Below, piece by piece: positions 60,288 to 64,000 of a stretch of DNA of 64,000 nucleotides (position 1 is the first letter of the stretch; each line of letters begins with the position of its first letter). The position numbers and the translations under genes were made by a program. Source of the stretch: Candidatus Woesearchaeota archaeon (GTDB lineage Archaea > Nanobdellota > Nanobdellia > Woesearchaeales > JAZDKJ01); contig JAZDKJ010000013.1 of NCBI GenBank assembly GCA_043803105.1, positions 51,814 to 115,813 of the forward strand, written 5' to 3'. The notes under the pieces are model-generated. The model was not told the DNA's origin. It was given only the letters and a program-made list of their open reading frames with translations, and ran no database searches.

Positions 60288-60427
60288 ACATGAGGGTTGT
60301 TTTCCGTGAGTATAAATAGATTTATTAACTATTACATAATGTTAAAAATTATTACTTATCATTAAGTAGTACATTACAATAAAGTTTAAATATTAGACTG
60401 TCATTCCCTATTACCAACTGGGGGTTC

Positions 60428-62614
60428 ATGATGACAGAATACAAGACTCTTTTTACTGGTATACCTAATTTTGGGAAGCTGGGCATTAAACAACAATATG
60501 AACAATTATTTCAAGTTTATACTGTCACTGCTGACGATATTCTGGAGCAGGCAAGACCTTTAAGCCTTGGAGCACGCTATGAACTTCAATCAGAAGTCGG
60601 TAAGATAACTGACGCACTTTCCGGCAACACAGTCAGACTTTATGAGACGACAAAAAAGGGAAAGCAAGGAAGGTTTGCTGCAGCAACACAGGTTCTTGAG
60701 GGACTCTTAAGCGATAATGGCAAATTCGGCGCTCTTCTACAAAACGATGCAAGCACAAATGAGGTATTCAAGTCAATCGAGGAGACTTTGGCACAATATA
60801 GGTATGTGCAAAACAGAATCAGAAGCAAGCCAGATTCAACACTTGTCAAGGAATATAATGAATTCAGGCAAAAACTGGACGAGGCAAAGGCAAGATACAA
60901 AGCAAACAACATTGACACAAGGGTGGAAGAGACTACGAAGGAAAGAACAGTTACACAAACAGAGGATGATCATGGAAGGAAATACAGCACCTGGGGCAAG
61001 ATCATGGCAGCAGGAAGCCTTGCAATGTTTGCACTTGGTTTAACTCCATCTGTTACGCAAGCAAACGTATATGCACAGACTCCAGGTCAGGAGCAAAAAA
61101 CTGAGGAAAAAAAGTTTGGTTTCCCGAAAGACCTCGAGGGCAAGATAATCGGGCCTGACGAATACAAAACCCAAATCTATTACTCAGCGACAAACCCGCA
61201 AGGAAAGACTGACCCGAGCGAAAGAACAATACTAAAAGTTGAATACTCCAAAGACAAGACCGAGGCAAAGGTCTTACTAACAAAAAAAGCTGAAAAAATT
61301 GAGATAAAAACTGACAGATTGCGCAAGGAAAAAGGACTGACCTTGGCAAAAGTGGATTATCGCATAAGGGTGGCGCTGCCTGACGGAAGAACAAAATATG
61401 TCAGGATAGGAGAAGAGTTTGGTATAGAGGGAACAAAACTTGACAAGGCGCAATATGGAATAGCATATGATATCCAAGTAATCAAGGCAGAAGGAAAGAA
61501 TCTGCTTGTTATGAGCTATGCTGCATCCGTAGCAGCAAAAAAAGTGGCTCCAGTCAAGAAAATAGAAGGTGCTAAACCGAAAATAGTTAAGCCAAAACCC
61601 GAGGAACCAAAAAAAGAAGAAAAAAAGGCTGAGAAGCCTGCAGAAATCGCTTACCCCAAGGTTGTAGAGCCTAAGAAAGAGGAGAAAAAGTCGATAATAC
61701 CAAGCATCATACCCAAAGCAAGTGCTGAGACTATAGCTCCCGAATACAAGGTTCAGTTGCTCGGACAGGCAGAAGAGCCCAGAGTTGGCCCAATCGTACC
61801 TCCAATAGAGACAATATCGGATTGTGCCAAAGAGGCTTACCAACAAGGGTTTGTAAATATCAAAAAGTTCGCGATTGTTAGCGAACCTATCAAGGCAAAA
61901 ACAGAGAAGAAAGTTGGCAAAGGATTTCTTGGCAAATTTTTCTCAGACAAAAGAGGCTACCCCTCGCTTGATGATGTACTAAAGAATGGCGTGAGCGACA
62001 GAGAAAAGGTCTTTTTCACAGTCAACACAGAGCCTGAAGACCTTAACGCGATACTGGACGCGTTTGACAACAAATACAGAACAGAGCTGGTAAGCACCAG
62101 ACAAGGCAAGGGTGAATATTATGAACTTGGATTCAAAGGTGCCAGCCCTTTTGGAGATACAGTATTCGAAATCAATATGCCATACAGGAGCACTGACCAG
62201 CTGGTGGAATCAATTGCAGTCAGGAACGCAGTAACAGGAAAGTATGAAGCTGTGGACGTAACCCTCGGAGGCAAAGGAGCAATCAGGGTAGTAGACGCTG
62301 ATTACTGGAATTATATAGGTGAAAAGAAAAAGACTGATTTTGTCAAGACAAACAAGCTGGTGAAGAATGGGCTATGGTTTTTGGTAGTCAGAGACAAGAA
62401 CCCGCAAATACCAGACAGAGTTATGGTTTACCATACAGGCACGGATAATGACAAACTTCCAGATAAGACTCCAATCAGCTGCAATGCAGGAGACTTTGTA
62501 ATATTCATGAAACATGCTCCAGGCACATTTCCAGGCGGGAATGGTGCAGGAGGGGTTAGTGACGTTGGAGCGGCCGGGCACAACTCAATAGGGCCTGGGC
62601 CAAATCCCTGCTAG
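60428..62614 (+). CDS. Large hypothetical membrane-anchored/surface protein
   Basis: 728-aa ORF with TATA (60385-60392) and a GGGGG SD-like run. Helical N-terminus, one hydrophobic segment near aa 190-210, a K/E/P-rich linker and a Gly-rich C-terminus. Confidence 0.75.
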   Translation: MMTEYKTLFTGIPNFGKLGIKQQYEQLFQVYTVTADDILEQARPLSLGARYELQSEVGKITDALSGNTVRLYETTKKGKQGRFAAATQVLEGLLSDNGKFGALLQNDASTNEVFKSIEETLAQYRYVQNRIRSKPDSTLVKEYNEFRQKLDEAKARYKANNIDTRVEETTKERTVTQTEDDHGRKYSTWGKIMAAGSLAMFALGLTPSVTQANVYAQTPGQEQKTEEKKFGFPKDLEGKIIGPDEYKTQIYYSATNPQGKTDPSERTILKVEYSKDKTEAKVLLTKKAEKIEIKTDRLRKEKGLTLAKVDYRIRVALPDGRTKYVRIGEEFGIEGTKLDKAQYGIAYDIQVIKAEGKNLLVMSYAASVAAKKVAPVKKIEGAKPKIVKPKPEEPKKEEKKAEKPAEIAYPKVVEPKKEEKKSIIPSIIPKASAETIAPEYKVQLLGQAEEPRVGPIVPPIETISDCAKEAYQQGFVNIKKFAIVSEPIKAKTEKKVGKGFLGKFFSDKRGYPSLDDVLKNGVSDREKVFFTVNTEPEDLNAILDAFDNKYRTELVSTRQGKGEYYELGFKGASPFGDTVFEINMPYRSTDQLVESIAVRNAVTGKYEAVDVTLGGKGAIRVVDADYWNYIGEKKKTDFVKTNKLVKNGLWFLVVRDKNPQIPDRVMVYHTGTDNDKLPDKTPISCNAGDFVIFMKHAPGTFPGGNGAGGVSDVGAAGHNSIGPGPNPC

Positions 62615-62638
62615 GCAGTTTACAAATTAGGTGTTTAG

Positions 62639-64000
62639 ATGAGAAAGACAACAACAATATTTTTATTCACTTTTCTAGTTCTATTAGCAAGTGCCTCGGC
62701 TTATCAAGTAGCAGTGAACATCCACGGAGGCAGTCTCTATGCTGAAGTGGCAAGCGGTCAGTGCACGATAGCACAAAGCGGAAACAGCTACACAGTATCT
62801 GGCAAAGGACAATGCACAATATACGAATGGGTATACGACACATGTAAGGGAGCTCACACAGGCTATACTACCACAAACAGCCTTACAGGGTATGGGCCTT
62901 GGGACTTTTATTATTCGCTTTCCAAAGCGGCGAATTGCCAGGCGCAAGTATGCTGCATCACTCTTTCACAAAACAAGGTAAGAGTAGGCACTGCAGTAAC
63001 TATAAACGCAAATGTTGCAGGACCTCTTGCGTTTGGAGGAGTTGGTCCAAGCTATGCTCCTGCATCCCTATCATATTATTATTCAGTTGACACCTCAGTA
63101 GAGCTGGCAGTTGACGGCCAATCACAAGGCAGTGCAAACTACAGAATTCCATATAGTGAACACCAAGATGTCTCATTCAGTTATACACCCCAGACATGTG
63201 GAATACATCATATTCTAATCAAAACCGGGGTGCCTGACTGCCAGTGCTCAAGCAGCCTGCAAGACAGCGCAAGCGGAACAATCCAGGCATACATCTGCCA
63301 GCGCGACGGAGCGTGGGGAGACAGCAATGAATTCCAGTGCAAGGCAGACGGCACTTACGCACGATGCGACCTGAACGGCTGCGGCTACACAGGAGTTAAT
63401 CTTTGCGACACACGATGCGGTGCATCACAGCAATGCAATGGCATCCAACCTGGAACAGGCAACTGCAACCTGCAATGCAAATACGGTCCGACGTGCGGAG
63501 ACAACACAGTAAACACACCTGAACAGTGCGAACTGCCAAGCACAAGCAACAATGCCTACTGCAGCCAGACAACAGAACAATGCGTCGGAAACAAACTAGC
63601 TATACGAAACGGTTTTGGTGACTGCAACAGCCAGTGCGGCTGCAATTATGATCCTTTTGGACCTCCTTTGTGTGTACCCGGAAAGTGCAATGCACGGTGT
63701 GTTCCTTATTTTTCACCTTCACAATGTGATGATGGCAATCCAGCCACAGTAGACAGCTGCGATCCTGACACTTGCTTGTGCAATCACACAGTAACACGGG
63801 TTTGCGGTGATGGCTCTATACAATCGCCTGAGCAGTGCGAGCGTCCGAATACTGTGGACAATGTTAACTGTCCGCAATCAACTGAATCCTGTCAGGGACC
63901 TAAGTGGCTTTACCGTGATGCTTTTGGGGACTGTAATGGTCAGTGCGGCTGCGTTTACGATTCTTGGCTTGCGATCTGTAAATTAGGGAAGTGCGGTGCT
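62639..64000 (+). CDS. Secreted cysteine-rich repeat protein (runs off the window end; not in ORF track)
   Basis: ATG 62639 after AGGTG. Signal peptide MRKTTTIFLFTFLVLLASASA; frame open to the window end; motifs CGDNTVNTPEQCE, CDDGNPATVDSCDP, CGDGSIQSPEQCE. Confidence 0.88.
   Translation, partial: MRKTTTIFLFTFLVLLASASAYQVAVNIHGGSLYAEVASGQCTIAQSGNSYTVSGKGQCTIYEWVYDTCKGAHTGYTTTNSLTGYGPWDFYYSLSKAANCQAQVCCITLSQNKVRVGTAVTINANVAGPLAFGGVGPSYAPASLSYYYSVDTSVELAVDGQSQGSANYRIPYSEHQDVSFSYTPQTCGIHHILIKTGVPDCQCSSSLQDSASGTIQAYICQRDGAWGDSNEFQCKADGTYARCDLNGCGYTGVNLCDTRCGASQQCNGIQPGTGNCNLQCKYGPTCGDNTVNTPEQCELPSTSNNAYCSQTTEQCVGNKLAIRNGFGDCNSQCGCNYDPFGPPLCVPGKCNARCVPYFSPSQCDDGNPATVDSCDPDTCLCNHTVTRVCGDGSIQSPEQCERPNTVDNVNCPQSTESCQGPKWLYRDAFGDCNGQCGCVYDSWLAICKLGKCGA
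63494..64000 (+). repeat. Tandem Cys-rich repeat with a 103-aa (309-nt) period
   Basis: CGD....PEQCE.P.T..N..C.Q.TE.C.G.K...R..FGDCN.QCGC.YD......C..GKC starts at 63494 and again at 63803. Confidence 0.85.

Noticed and set aside
730-63797. Numerous 60-200 aa ORFs overlapping larger genes (e.g. 7271..7843, 17467..18042, 24833..25435, 49343..49879, 61277..61846)
   Set aside because: They lie antisense or out of frame within motif-supported genes and have no motifs or promoters of their own.
63494-64000. Diversity-generating retroelement TR/VR pair
   Set aside because: The repeats differ at all base types, are in-frame protein repeats, and no reverse transcriptase is in the window.
1-64000. 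CRISPR arrays, tRNA/rRNA, transposases, integrases
   Set aside because: All intergenic gaps are under ~150 nt and show no repeat-spacer or cloverleaf pattern; no ORF has recombinase or transposase motifs.

Overview
Gene-dense archaeal DNA. Evidence: TTTAAATA/TTTATAAA TATA boxes mostly 22-26 nt before start codons (largely leaderless), GGTGA/GGAGG Shine-Dalgarno sites, an AglB oligosaccharyltransferase and a geranylgeranyl reductase. A DPANN/Woesearchaeota-like origin is my inference, not proven. About 59 kb is one large surface/N-glycosylation island ending at aglB. It holds a Ugd / UDPGP-like / UXS operon, a Gtp1/2/3-like glycerol-phosphate module, other nucleotide-sugar enzymes, a partial heptose pathway (gmhA, hldA, hldC, two GT9), 6 GT2, 4 GT4, 7 GT-C-like membrane proteins, 2 flippases, 6 B12-binding radical SAM genes and 1 further radical SAM gene. 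Two surface-protein genes follow. The most novel-looking signals are: (1) two ribbon-helix-helix / degenerate nucleotidyltransferase fusion proteins plus a shared phased GTARGAWA repeat at the promoters of both linked nucleotide-sugar dehydrogenase operons, a candidate sugar-nucleotide-sensing regulon; (2) AglB fused to a C-terminal parvulin PPIase and an N-terminal repeat tail; (3) a divergent eukaryote-type UDPGP-family enzyme; (4) repeated GT2 / B12-rSAM / GT-C modules. No rRNA, tRNA, CRISPR array or mobile element was seen. All assignments come from reading motifs by eye; no searches were run.
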